From positions 992,001 to 1,056,000 of the forward strand of contig NW_027191414.1 of NCBI RefSeq assembly GCF_041146345.1: DNA of 64,000 nt, given 5' to 3'. The translations under genes and the position numbers were made by a program. Below are positions 22,151 through 34,109 of the stretch, in pieces. The stretch is from Neodothiora populina (lineage: Eukaryota). The notes below the pieces were generated by a model, which saw only the letters and a list, made by a program, of their open reading frames with translations, made no database searches and was not told the origin of the DNA. The stretch's first letter is position 1; each line of letters begins with the position of its first letter.

Positions 22151-25100
22151 ATGAATCGCTTCTTGAACAAGAAGAAGAGCGGCGATGAGGTCCTCTCGCC
22201 GCCGCAGGCAGGGAAGAAATGGAGGAAGGCCAAGCAGAAGGCCCCAGTAGAGCCACAGAAACCACAGCTCGATCTGACTGCAGCACTCCCCTCAACAGAC
22301 GACTTTCGAACCTCCCTGATCATGCCCAGCTTGTCCACGCGATTCAGCATGCTTAGAGAACAAGATGATCCAAGTTCGAAATTGGGCAAAGCGTCTGACG
22401 ATAGCGTCCTTCAGCCGCAACGAAACTCTCGACTTCTGGACTTTGGATTTTCCTCAAATGCACTCAATGATATTGCTGAGGTGTCGTCGATAAACAGCTC
22501 GATTCGACCACCATTTGCGAATGAACGACATGAGTCGTACGCTTCGGAGGAAGGATACGGGACAGACAACGATTCGTCACACGGTGGCAGCATGATGAGT
22601 CGGGCGAGGCCAGGCGAAGGGAATGTGCTATTCGGAGGCAGACAAAAGGTATACAAAATTGCGACTGGGTCTGCAAGAAGCATTAGTGGAGCAAGTGAGA
22701 GAAACATGGGTGGAAGAATCCTCTACGAAGACGATCTGAACATGTCGGCCTTCCAGAAGTACCGTCAACATCAGCAGCGAGAGGCGGCAGCGCAGATGGC
22801 TGGCGAGGAGCATCTCACGCACGAGCAGGACAACGATCTGGGAGAGACGGGTTCGCTACAACACGACTCTGATGAGACCTTGAACGGCATAGGTCTGGGT
22901 CTTCTACATTCCGACTCCACTGGACCAACGTCTTTCAAACGCTCGAGTGATTCCACTACGACGTCAGCTCCCTCTCAAGAGCGCACGTCCACTTCCGCGA
23001 CCTCTGTCGCATCTCAGGCTATCGGTACCGCGGTAACGACTCCTTCGCAACAACCAATGCCAAAGACCGCTCCACCTCCGGTTCCTCTGGAAAGATCGTT
23101 GACGAAAAGACGACTTTACGAGCAAGGGCTTGAAAGGAACATTCATCAGCAGCAGAGTTCGACTCTAACAAGACTCAACTCCATACAACGCCACCGATCA
23201 CCAACTGTGGGAGGAGTCGCGTCTCCTCCTACCTTGTCTCACTCTAGAAGCATCGGCCAGATGCAGGAGAGAGGCTTCCAGCCGTACGTCCTTCAAAACT
23301 CGTCTCAGTCCGCTGCGAATGCATTCCCACCGCTTGCAATCCGTAAGCCAAGCTCGACTGCCTCTAGTCCCGTGGACAGTTACCCTCAGTCCCCTCTGAG
23401 TCCTACCATGAGTGATGCTGAAGAATACAAGACACTCCACTCTGCGCTTGAGCCCAGCGACCGCGGCAAGGCTACGGCGATGGGGGCCTTCAACAAACCC
23501 AAGCAGCAATACGACGAGAATCAATATATGCAACGGCAAGCCCAGCTGCAACGTTCCCATCAAGCGTCCATATCCAGGCAAGACTCTGTGGACTCGACGA
23601 AGCGATCTGATTTAGCACGCTTCGACTCGGCCAGACATACGGAGGAGAAGGTACAGCCACGATCTGGTTCGATCTCATCCCAGACAGAACCCAAACCAAA
23701 CATGGCCTTCTCCGTCTTTCAGAATGCTGCGGTCCACAACCGCACTGTCCATGTGGACAATCCAACGGCACCACCTGCGGCGCCTCTGCCACCCCCTCCG
23801 ACTATGGCAGACACCCACAAAACATTCTTCGGGGATATCAGCGCAAGTGATGATGAAGAAGAGGATGTTGCCTCGGAGAGCGATCGTGTAGGCTCTCATT
23901 ACGCACCAAATACATTTTTGGCCTCTCCACCAAGCAATCGCTTCGCCCCGACTCCTCTGCCGTCCGTCTCTGAACACCCTGCATTGAGACACGAGAGTCC
24001 AAGCATTTCGGAGCTCGAAGAAGAGCCTGAAGAGATCGATGCAGACGGTGGCAATAGAGTCAATGACACCATCGCACAAGCTGAAGGTAATGAGAACGTG
24101 CCATTCTTCACTCAGATGCCAGCCGGTCTTGGACCCGAGTCCGAAGGTCGACCTGGGTCAAGTGATGATTACAAGGAAGACGTAGACTCTCCTACGATCG
24201 GTAAGAAGGATGGTCTAGGAGGACTGATCCAGCATCTCCGCAACACAAGCGACCAGTCCTCGATATATGGTATGGCGTCTGCTATGAACGCGACTAGCAC
24301 AAACTCGAATGCTTGGGATCTAGACGAGCTGGACAAGTTCTACGGAGAAGGAATCACGACGAGTCCTCTAAATCGTCGACAATCGATTCCCGTCAGAGGT
24401 CAGCCTCTCGCACCAGCGCCTTCGAAGGGCAACATTTACTCATCCCGGCCGTCTACCCGGGACTCCGAGGTCATCGACGGGCCAATGTGGCAATCGGACT
24501 TCAAGAAGCAACACACACGTGATGCCAGTACGGCGACGCAGGCCGAACGCCAGGCTTTCGACAACGAGCTTGCGGCACGACAGAAGGCCATCCAGGAGAA
24601 GATGAGAAGCATCGTGGAAAGCGAGAGCAGAGCGACCAGCCCGGCACCCAGCGCCGGTGGTGCTCTGAAGGCATTCGGCATGCTGAAGAGCAAGGCTAGT
24701 CAGGAAACAATGTCAAGCCAGGGACCACCCAAGACGATGAAAATGCGTGCTCTGGGCATGCAGAGCAGTGTGCAAGAGAAGCAGTCTTTCTACGAAGACC
24801 CTCAAGCAAACGACAGTGGCTTCATTTCGCAGACTAATGGATGGACCAACACGTCGAATCCACAGTGGCCGCTGGGAGGATTCAAGGAGCAGAAGAGTTC
24901 GGCAACACATCCCTCTCAGCGCAGCCCAACGCAACGCGCGGCCAGCAGGGAGCGATCACGTACGCGCTCGGGCTCGGTCGCCTCAGCTAGCCGATCGAGA
25001 AGTCGCACCAACGCGTATCGAGACGAGTTCGCATCGCCTCCTGAAATACCGCAACTGCCCCAAACCCGCCCTTCGGTAGATACGGCGCAATCGGTGACGC

Positions 25101-25720
25101 CGCCAATGACAGGCGATGCGCAAGGTCGAGGTCGAATGCGGAGCAGTAGCAAGGCCAGTGCCTACTTCGACCACAAGCCTTCATTTCCCGCCATCAACAC
25201 TCAGGTGTCGGGCAGAATGACACCAGGGGGCGGTTCGCTCGCATCAGCGTCAACAGCAACGTTTGCCTCGTCCAATAGCTCGATGCCTCGTCCGTCTTAC
25301 TCGACGACGACATCTTCCAAGAGCGGAATGTCTCCACTGGGGGTGCCTCATGTGTCAGCGGTCAGACCGACGGGCAGTCTTCTCAGGAAGAAGACCATCA
25401 CAAAGGCTGATATCGGCGAGCCGACTCTGATTTCGTCGACGTCCAACGTGGACACGGTGGACTTGCCTACGGCGAGGACGATCGTGCAGCCACCTTTGAT
25501 TCCCGCTCTGAACCCTCGGCGGAGGGTGTACACAAATGGAGAAGGCGGACCCCCAGAGATGGGCCGTAGCGCTTTCAGTCCGCCACCTGGACAGCAAGCA
25601 CCCGGTTTTGTCAAACCGGCAGGGCTACGATCTGTGCGCTCACAAGACAGTATTGATGGACCAGCAGCGAAGTTTGATGCCATTGGCTCCCCAGTGATGA
25701 ATGAAGCAGGAATGTTCTAG
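22151..25720 (+). CDS. Large conserved fungal protein of unknown function, mostly disordered (about 1189 aa)
   Basis: ATG 22151 follows a probable 5'UTR intron 22046..22143 (GTATGT...CTGAT...TAG). Single long coding exon with short ordered-looking islands (LPSTDDFRTSLIMPSLSTRFSMLREQDDP; RARPGEGNVLFGGRQKVYKI; DRGKATAMGAFNKP). Confidence 0.85.
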   Translation: MNRFLNKKKSGDEVLSPPQAGKKWRKAKQKAPVEPQKPQLDLTAALPSTDDFRTSLIMPSLSTRFSMLREQDDPSSKLGKASDDSVLQPQRNSRLLDFGFSSNALNDIAEVSSINSSIRPPFANERHESYASEEGYGTDNDSSHGGSMMSRARPGEGNVLFGGRQKVYKIATGSARSISGASERNMGGRILYEDDLNMSAFQKYRQHQQREAAAQMAGEEHLTHEQDNDLGETGSLQHDSDETLNGIGLGLLHSDSTGPTSFKRSSDSTTTSAPSQERTSTSATSVASQAIGTAVTTPSQQPMPKTAPPPVPLERSLTKRRLYEQGLERNIHQQQSSTLTRLNSIQRHRSPTVGGVASPPTLSHSRSIGQMQERGFQPYVLQNSSQSAANAFPPLAIRKPSSTASSPVDSYPQSPLSPTMSDAEEYKTLHSALEPSDRGKATAMGAFNKPKQQYDENQYMQRQAQLQRSHQASISRQDSVDSTKRSDLARFDSARHTEEKVQPRSGSISSQTEPKPNMAFSVFQNAAVHNRTVHVDNPTAPPAAPLPPPPTMADTHKTFFGDISASDDEEEDVASESDRVGSHYAPNTFLASPPSNRFAPTPLPSVSEHPALRHESPSISELEEEPEEIDADGGNRVNDTIAQAEGNENVPFFTQMPAGLGPESEGRPGSSDDYKEDVDSPTIGKKDGLGGLIQHLRNTSDQSSIYGMASAMNATSTNSNAWDLDELDKFYGEGITTSPLNRRQSIPVRGQPLAPAPSKGNIYSSRPSTRDSEVIDGPMWQSDFKKQHTRDASTATQAERQAFDNELAARQKAIQEKMRSIVESESRATSPAPSAGGALKAFGMLKSKASQETMSSQGPPKTMKMRALGMQSSVQEKQSFYEDPQANDSGFISQTNGWTNTSNPQWPLGGFKEQKSSATHPSQRSPTQRAASRERSRTRSGSVASASRSRSRTNAYRDEFASPPEIPQLPQTRPSVDTAQSVTPPMTGDAQGRGRMRSSSKASAYFDHKPSFPAINTQVSGRMTPGGGSLASASTATFASSNSSMPRPSYSTTTSSKSGMSPLGVPHVSAVRPTGSLLRKKTITKADIGEPTLISSTSNVDTVDLPTARTIVQPPLIPALNPRRRVYTNGEGGPPEMGRSAFSPPPGQQAPGFVKPAGLRSVRSQDSIDGPAAKFDAIGSPVMNEAGMF

Positions 25721-26534
25721 GAGGCAAAATGCTAAGAGAAACAAAAGAAACAGTTCAACTCGGTTTGGGAGACGGAGTTTTCATCAAGGTCGGGGGTGTT
25801 ATGGGTCGGGAAAGGACAGGTCAGGAGGGGATGGATTGGTTTTCTTGGAACTTGGGCAATTTCTTGTTTTGTTTTTCGTTTTACTGCACGATACCTATGT
25901 TTCTCTATATTTGTACTTGTCATGGTTTTTGTTCCTCGCTCGAGGAATGGAGATTACACGACAGAAAGAACGGAAGGCGAAGAATGTGATATCAAATGGC
26001 ATGACCGAGTATCATTTTCCTCTTGTGGATGTTTGGAGGTGTTGCGGTGCTGATGTCTAAGACGGCTTGCATATTTCTGACTCGGTGACAAGCAGTGGAG
26101 CACAAGGTATGATGGTAAGAAAGTTAGAGGTTGTCGGGGTGAAAGATTGGTTAGTGGATGGTCTTTGCCAGTAACTAAACCAAGGGTGAATTGCAAGGAC
26201 GTTATAAGCAGAACGGTTTGTGGAGACATGAAAGCAAGCGTGGATTCTTGGTAGAGAAAATCAATTTGACCCTTTCGGGGATTTGTTTACTAAGCCCATG
26301 TTTTGTGCTGTACAGCAGCATAGCGTGTGTGCTGCCACCAGCAACTTGAAGTCATGGCTCTCCATAACACTGACTAGAAACTTTTAGAGCAATAAAGAAC
26401 GTGACACCGAGCTGTAAGGGGTTTTGATTTCCTATACGAGAGAAATTGTATCAGTCGTCTGCTTCTTCTGGTAACTGCCTGCTGTGTCTCATAGCGTCAC
26501 ACTCCTTCCGTCCCCCTCGTCTTGCCCATTCACC

Positions 26535-28363
26535 ATGGACCGCCGCACGCATGAGGGACCGATGGACTTTGAGTATCAGAATGGGACTGGACCTATGGAT
26601 GGCCGCTCGCCTTTTGCGCAGATCAGTATGAACTCGCGATATCAAGCGAACAATGACAAGAAGCGTGAGTTGTCTTCTCTTCATCACAATACTTCTTTCA
26701 CATCTGCCATATCGATCATGTCCACCTCACGGTCTAGCTATGTATAAGATATGAGAGAATGGAACATCTGATCTGTAAAACAGGAAGCTGGGTCAAGTTC
26801 GAGCAATCCTCACCGAGCAAACCCAGCCTTCGCGAACCCGCCGCCAACCACCCGCATTTCTTCGACTACGAACCGTCAAAAGCCCTGCCTCCTGTTCCAT
26901 TACACAAAAACCCTCTGTTCAACACGCCGCGCAAATTAGACGTCTCATATGACGTCGAATCATCAGGAGGGGAAACGCCCAAGTCGCCTGAGCACAGAGA
27001 CGTAGACAGCGACGCCGCCACGCCCGACACGACAGGCATGAGGAGCCGCTTCGCCATCCTGGACACGACGACGAAGCCCGAGTTCAGAGCTGGAGGCGGC
27101 GGCGGCAGGACTTCGCCGACCAAAGACGAGAGAACAGGCAGCAGGCGTCAGAGCTGGTTCTCACGCACAATGTCAAGGATGAGTCCGCTGAGCACGAGCC
27201 CGAGCATCTACAACGGCATCAACGACACCAAGCAACGGAGCAGCAAAGGCACGAGCAGCAGCAGCAGCAGCGGCGGCGGCGCCGGGCATCACAGTAGTCG
27301 TAACGAGTACTCGCACGCCGCAGAGCGCAAGATCATCAAGAAGCGCAACAACACGCGACAGCAAGCGCTGGCATCGCGACGCATCAGCATCAGCGACGAC
27401 GAAGACGACTCGTCGGCCGTCGAGGACATGACGCCCGACGTAGCTGTAGCCAAGTCGAGTCGTAAAGGTGCGAACAAACTAGCGACGACATCCAATATGC
27501 CGCCGCCGCCCCCTCCACACGCGACAGACGCGCAGAAGAAGGACGGTCCGCATTGGCTGTACACGTTTTTTCAGTTTCTGACAAACCACCCGACGCTGCC
27601 GCACATCCTGTCTTTTTACGCCCAGCTGCTGCTGAATCTCTTTGTCATCGGTGGCGTCATGTACCTTCTATACAGCTTCTGGGCCACGATCCGCGCCGAC
27701 GTGGACAAAAAGTCCTACGAGGCCGTGTCCGAGCTGCTCGCTCAGATGGCCGTCTGCGCACAGCACTACACGGACAACAAGTGCGAGCGATCGACCCGTG
27801 TGCCGGGCATGGAGAACGCGTGCAATGAGTGGGAGAAGTGCATGAACCAGAACCCCAAGAACGTCGGGCGCGCCAGGGTCAGCGCGCACACGTTTGCGGA
27901 GATCTTCAATAGTTTTATCGAGCCGATTTCTTACAAGGCCATGGTAAGCTTTTCTTTTTTCTTTCTGTCTATATACACCTTGACTTGATGTCTGGGGAGG
28001 ACTACCGCCCTGCACCTTGTTCCTACCTTCGAACACGAGCTAACAAAAAACCAGTTCTTCTGCCTCCTCATAATCTTCGGCAGCGTAGCAATCTCGAACT
28101 TTGCATTCTCAATCTTCAGAGACAAGACCGCCGCCGCCCAGCAGCACGCCAACGCTCAACACCACCACTACTACGGCGGCAACGGATTACTGCCGCCTCC
28201 GCCTCCGACGCCCCAGCGCGAGTTCTCCGCTGGCGATGCAGGTGCTGGAAACGGTGGGTATTGGACGCCGTATCACGGTCTTGAGCCGGCGCCTAGTCTG
28301 GCTTATAACAACAATAACCAGGACGCCGAGGGCAGTCCGGTCAGGAGGTTGCAGTTTCGCTGA
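26535..28363 (+). CDS. Nuclear envelope Brl1/Brr6-domain protein, 3 exons
   Basis: MDRRTHEGPMDFEYQ start. Introns 26665..26783 and 27944..28054. TM, four Cys (CAQHYTDNKC...ACNEWEKCMNQNP), ARVSAHTFAEIFNSFIEPISYKAM, TM: the Brr6-like C_C domain. Stop 28361-28363. Confidence 0.92.
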
Positions 28364-29045
28364 GGCGGCCCTCTTTTCCCCCTTCTTTCTTTTTCCTGGG
28401 GAGACGATTATGCGGGTTTTTCCTTGAGCATGTGAAGTGAGGAAAAGAACCACTGTGACGAGGCAAGAAAGGATACAAAGGTGTTTCTGCGTGTGAGGGA
28501 CTTGTATTTGGGTTGGATCTGGTGGAAGGGACAGCAGGATAGGATCGGACAGGATAAGACAAGACAGGACAGGACAGGAGTGAGGGGAAAGGTCAGCGGT
28601 GTTTTTTTTGGGGTTCTCGAAGCAGCAATAGCACAACAATGACGAGAGACGATCCTTTTCTTCTTCTTGCCCCTTCATGTTCGTCTGTTGACTGCACTCG
28701 CCTGGACCGTTCTGAGTGGCTCCGCCGATTCTCCTTGGTTCTTGTTCTTCATGGCATGCATGTCATGCTGGGTTCTCTCTTGACGAGACGATTGAACGTG
28801 ATTTCGACGGTTTTTGATGGGCTGGGCCTCTTCGGGTAGTTGCGTTCGAGAAAAGTCGACTGTGGACTGGAATGTCATCGAGGCTTGAGGGTCTCTTTAT
28901 TCGTCGTCGATGGTCGGCCCAGCATCTTCTCCTCCTCTCAAAGCTGCACAGACGAATAGCAGCAGATGCCGTTCCACCAGTCCCAATCCATCCATCCCGA
29001 CGGATCCTGTCCGCGAGCGGAAGAGAAAATGGAATACGAGACGAC

Positions 29046-30586
29046 TCATTCATCTCCGATTCTTCTCGTAGCATACTGTCGCGCCACCCATGCGGCGCCG
29101 TATTCGTCGTAGTCTTGCTTTGTGACCAGGACCTTGTCGATCAGGCTCCTGTCGCTGGCGAGGCGGGCGCCGCCGGTCCAGGTTGATTTGATTGGACTTT
29201 GTGGACCGACAGTCAGCAATAGGAACAAAGAAAATGAAAAGAAGAAGAAACTCACTCGTCCGCTCGCCGAACCCTCACCACGAAATCATCCGGCACCCTT
29301 ATGCGCACCTCCGCCTCGAGTCGTTCGACGAACCCTCTGATCAGCGACGACCCGCCGACGACGACGATGTTCCCCAGGAACGCCTGCCACAGCTGCTTCG
29401 TCGGTAATGTCTCGAGACACTGCATGATTGTGTCCGGGATGCCTGATTCTCGCATGCCGACGTCGGTGGGGTTGAAGAGTAGCTCGGGGACTGTGAAGCG
29501 TTCGTTTGCTAGCGGGAAGGCTTCTTCTCGGACTGTCGAGATGCCTGCTTGTTGGTCGTTGTCGTCGTCAGCGTCAGCGAGGAGCCCGAGTTTAGCCAGG
29601 CGGGCGGCGCGCGACGCGTCGTGCGGTCTGGTGAAGCCGCGGTGGTGGCGCTCGTAGTCTGGGAGAACATAATCGACGCGGATGGTCGTGTCTTGGTCCT
29701 TGTTGTTGCGTGGGGCGTCGCCGATGGCGCCTTTCCATGTGTTGTCGAGGTCGCGGGCGAAGTCGTCGGAGACGAAACAGGTGTCTTCTTTGATCTGGTC
29801 GACGATGTACGGTTCGTCGATCAGGCTGAAGTGGCGCAGAGATATCAGCTGCGCGAGATAATTGCTCAGGTGTTTGCCACCAAACGTCATGCGTCTACTG
29901 GCTGGGTGGATGGGTCGTGCGCGGATCAATGGTGTCACTGTCGTGTGGCTGTATCCGGTGTCTATCAGAAGCAGATGCTCCGCCGGCTGGACTCGGGCAG
30001 ATTGTGCATGAGGTGGGTCGTTGAAGAGAGCACGGGTGTCGTTGTATGCGTTCAACACCGTCGATGTCGTCCTGTACGCTGCTGCGAATTCAAAGTGCTC
30101 AAAGACAATCTCGTCGGTGTTTCTCTGCAGAGCAGTAGGCGCATTCGGCGCCTCGGCGAGGACCAGATTCGTCTCGTGTGGATCACATGCCAGCGTCGCG
30201 TTTGATGCGAAAAACTCATGTTCCCAGATGGCGGCTTCGGTGGGCCAGTTCACAATGTAGCCCTTCTGCACCGGGCGCTTGAACTGCATCTCTCCAAAAT
30301 CGGTGCATGTTGACAGTTGAGATGCTATGTACGTCTTGTCGTCACGTGAAGACTTTGCGAGGCAATTGGGCATGACATGGCATTTGTATTGACCTTCCGG
30401 CGAGGATGGAGCGAAGCCTGCCTTGATCGTGTATGCGCCGGGATCGACCACCAGTGTGGCATCTCCGAGACGTGCTGGTGTTGTGACGGCGGTTGCAGCA
30501 GTAATAGCAACAGGAGCAGGAGGGGGAGTAGCAACGGTCTCGACGGGAGGCACTACACCAGATGACCTGGCCGATCTCCGCGACAT
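29046..30586 (-). CDS. ARP6: Actin-related protein 6 (SWR1 complex), 2 exons
   Basis: LVVDPGAYTIKAG, RPVQKGYIVNW, LLIDTGYSHTTVTP, VDYVLPDY, NERFTVPELLFNPTDVG. Intron 29197..29255 joins DPIKSTWTGGA...VTKQDYDEYG. Confidence 0.93.
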
Positions 30587-30852
30587 TTTTATTGACTGAT
30601 ACCTTTTGGCGTCTATCTCAATGCGCCTTTGCTTGCATGATATCTTGCATTGAATCGAGTCTCCCTTTGTTCTCAGACTAGTATACCAGTTGCCTATACA
30701 TGATCAACTTGCTTGTTTGACAAAGTAGAGTTGTGACGGGTGAAGTGTCTTGCCTTGGGTTGTAGTATCGGACCGTCATTTGTTCCGATGAAGTGTATAA
30801 GGTAGTAGTTATTAGCGGAGGGGAAGTGGATCTAATCGCTTGAAGTGGGGTA

Positions 30853-30902
30853 TTTCAATGTTTGAATGTTTGAATGTTTCAATGTTTCAATGTTTCAATG
30901 TT
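30853..30902 (+). repeat. Octamer tandem repeat (TTTSAATG) x6
   Basis: tttcaatg tttgaatg tttgaatg tttcaatg tttcaatg tttcaatg read directly in the Arp6/GCIP divergent intergenic region. Confidence 0.9.
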
Positions 30903-31033
30903 GCATGTGAAAGATTTATTTTTCGTCTTTGGCGTCCAACATTGACATTAATCCACTCCCCACGTCTGCTTTTACAGCAAGGAAAAAAAAAGATACGACG
31001 TAAGCCTGTAGCTGGATATAGACAAAAACAAAA

Positions 31034-32095
31034 ATGTCAAAACAAAGCGAACCACAGTCACTCGCAACTCTGCTCGCAAGTCAAAAGGCACTGCTCGCGC
31101 AATACCTCAACCACCTCTCGCCCAATGACCTCGACTCATCCACCCAACTACCGTCCAACCCGCCTAACCCTCTCAATGTCCTGCGCGACAGTGCAAAACT
31201 ACTCAAAGCCCACACGACGAAGCTCAGCCTGCTGCTCATCAACAAGCCGTTCACCGTCTCCGCCATCACAAAAGTCCTGCGCGACATTTCGGGAACATGC
31301 CTGCCCGCCATGATGAGCGCTGTCGACATCTGCCGACCGGACATTTGGGGTGCCTTTCTGAAACAGCATGTCATGGCGAGTGTGCGCGCAGTCATTCGGG
31401 AGATGATAGTCTGCTATGACGAAGCTACCAACGTGGCCAACCAGGAACTCGAGGCGCTGGCTGGTTCGGCGCAGGCTACGGAGAAAGTGCATCAGGCGCA
31501 GGGCAGGAACAGTCTGGTCTCGACGGGTCTCGTCTGGGACGCCTGTGATGTTCTGATCAACCTCGACTCGATCGGCATCGCAGGCCTGGCCGTCAGGCGC
31601 GCAGGAGAATGGAGAGACACGATCAAAGACGCCACTGAAGAGCTGAAGGAATGGGAAGAAGGAGACGAGGAAGAAGACGACGACGACGACACAGACAGCA
31701 TGGACGACATGTTCTCAGCTGCCAATGCTCTGCCCAGGAACCGACCAGATCTGAAAGAGCGCCTGGCCACTGCAAACGACAAACTCAAGAAAATCTGCAT
31801 GCTCTACGCCGCCATCTCCAAGCGTCGTCTCAAGACCTTCACGCCCGCCATCGCAAGCATTCAGAAGAACATTCACACCTTCGACACTCTACTCACCGCT
31901 CTCAAAGACCTGCCGGACTCTGTCGATGATCTAGCCAGCGCATTCTACGATCTGAACACCGACCATGTCGACCGGGCATTGCAGACCTGTGTTGATTTGG
32001 CTACGGGAGCTGCACAGACTGTCGAGCTGAGCTGGACCGGCGAGCAGGACGAGTTCACCACTTGGGTCAAGAAATGGAGCAACCTGATGGAATGA
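31034..32095 (+). CDS. GCIP / cyclin-D1-binding-protein-1-like helical protein
   Basis: 353 aa single exon; KAHTTKLSLL, STGLVWDACD, TIKDATEELKEW followed by an acidic tract, VDDLASAFY. Confidence 0.75.
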   Translation: MSKQSEPQSLATLLASQKALLAQYLNHLSPNDLDSSTQLPSNPPNPLNVLRDSAKLLKAHTTKLSLLLINKPFTVSAITKVLRDISGTCLPAMMSAVDICRPDIWGAFLKQHVMASVRAVIREMIVCYDEATNVANQELEALAGSAQATEKVHQAQGRNSLVSTGLVWDACDVLINLDSIGIAGLAVRRAGEWRDTIKDATEELKEWEEGDEEEDDDDDTDSMDDMFSAANALPRNRPDLKERLATANDKLKKICMLYAAISKRRLKTFTPAIASIQKNIHTFDTLLTALKDLPDSVDDLASAFYDLNTDHVDRALQTCVDLATGAAQTVELSWTGEQDEFTTWVKKWSNLME

Positions 32096-32150
32096 TTTTT
32101 TCTCTTCCCCCACGAGTATTTCACTCCCACACTTTGATGATCCAACACTT

Positions 32151-32766
32151 CTACGACCCAAGGATCGCCAATACACCGAACCCGACCACGAATGTCTCCA
32201 CACCCAATGCTCCAGCAGCGCCCGAAGACGCGGTCGCAGTGGCAGACTCAGCCGCCGCACCAGTCGCAGACCCCGACTCCGATCCAGTAGCAGCCGCAGA
32301 CTCAGCCGAACCGCTTGCCGAAGAGGATTTGGCAGTGGCAGAAGCAGACGACGACGACGACGAGCCCCCTGCCGTCGACAATGCGATGCCAGAGCACTGC
32401 GCCGAAGCAACCGATTGCACAGCTGTGTCAAACGTCACGTCAGCCGTTTTCGTATTCCCGGTCGTGCCACCATGAACATCAAGTAAAACCCGACTTACCG
32501 AGTAGATCAGAAGACGAACAAGTGCCTTTGAGCAGACACGCCGTGGCTTCCTGCGTGATCTTGTCCAGCCCGGTGGTGCATTGGCACGTCTGATCCGTGA
32601 TGTCGCATCCTGCTGACGCCGCCGCGCTGGCGAGGCAAGACTGGGCGCACACAGGATATGCTACGACTGCGGCGCCTGTCGAAGTCGTGGTGGATGGAGG
32701 GGAGTCGGCGCAGCTGCCGATGGCGGCGACGGCGGCGATCGAGAGGAGGGCTGTTGCTGGATGCAT
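32151..32766 (-). CDS. Secreted, probably GPI-anchored CFEM-domain protein, 2 exons
   Basis: Signal peptide, 8-Cys CFEM pattern PVCAQSC...GCDITDQTCQC...ACLLKGTC...QC across intron 32423..32498, S/A/T-rich linker, hydrophobic C-terminal GPI signal. Confidence 0.9.
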
Positions 32767-34109
32767 CTTCTCGTTTCAGAGATGCAGTAGATGGACAGGT
32801 AGACGATGAGATTCAATAGAGCTGTCCAGTCCACAAGTCGTTTTCCTGGTCGCACACTTCGACTCCTCCAAAGTCAATAGAAACCAGAAAGATATACAGC
32901 TAAACACAAGAGAAAAAGGAACAGATACACTCCTTCCCAGAAGAGGACGGGCGACAAGGGACCTTATTTATCGCCAAATGCAGTGCGACCATTCAATTCA
33001 TCCATGCTCAGGAACGCCATCCCAAAGCTTCGTCTCTGCTCTCTTCTCGTCCTCGTGCATATAGCTGGTCTCGTATACTCAAGACATGCCAGGCGACGAG
33101 AGAGCAAACAAACAAACAACAAAGGCTCAATAGTTCGTCTTGCCTCTTTCGACTCGCATCGACGAGATACGAAAAAACGTATTATTGTCTAGGCTGCGAG
33201 CTATCGACTTTTTTGCCCGTCTTCTTATCACCAAAATAGTAGATTGGTGTTGAAAGAACGAAGGAAAAAAAAATGATCATCGGGCGCGTTTTCGTGTTGT
33301 TTGCTACCTACTTTGCAGCAAGAAGCTCAGCTCAGCTCAGTACACAGAATCTAATTCCCCGACGTTCAGCACGGGCAATAATGAGGGCGAGAAAGGAAGA
33401 GGTTACCTATCTGGTAACTGCGTGTCATGTATACACATAGCCCCTCCCCTCTCTAGTCATCATGTGAGCAGAAAAGAACCGAGAGGTCGAGATGACCCAT
33501 ATCGTTTCTCTCCTTTGGAAGCTTATCGTGTGATATGTACTCTTATTCTCTACGAGTACTGCTGCCCCTATACGGCTCTTGGTCCTTTCTTCCTCTTGTT
33601 CACCCTCTGCCACCTACGACTCTACACGAAGAAACCAACGTATCTTCTTCGGCGCCTACTTCATGCAGGGTCTTTCGCTTCTCGTTTTCTAGCCCGCACG
33701 CAGCTGCAGGGACTCATGTGAGTGTGAACGCACAGGATGGCGTTCGGGATAAGAGAAAGAGGTGCGTGGCATGCATGCATATGCGAGGATATATTGTTTA
33801 TATGCGTGGTTTGGGTTCTCCCCATAGTATTGATAGTACTGAGAAGCATGGTTTGGGGAGCATGGGCTGAGCGCACTGTGCACGCGTGAGGAAAGGTGGG
33901 TTTGCTACGCTATATGAGGTATTGTATTGTATTTCAGTATTGGATGTTGGATATCGGGGCTATGGGTGTGGTTTTGTTTGTTTTGTGTCCGGATTTACTG
34001 GTGATGAAGTAGTTAGCTAATACTTTTCGGTCATCGCTTAGCTATCTAGTTCAAGTGACCTGGTCGCAATCACCATCCCCACGGACTCGTGGTTGGGACT
34101 GCTCGGGTT

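Noticed and set aside
30853..30902. Short tandem repeats as a CRISPR-like array
   Set aside because: No spacers, very short units, eukaryotic context.
33422..33883. Short overlapping ORFs between the CFEM and carboxypeptidase genes
   Set aside because: No motif, coding bias or convincing splice structure; probably UTR/intergenic.
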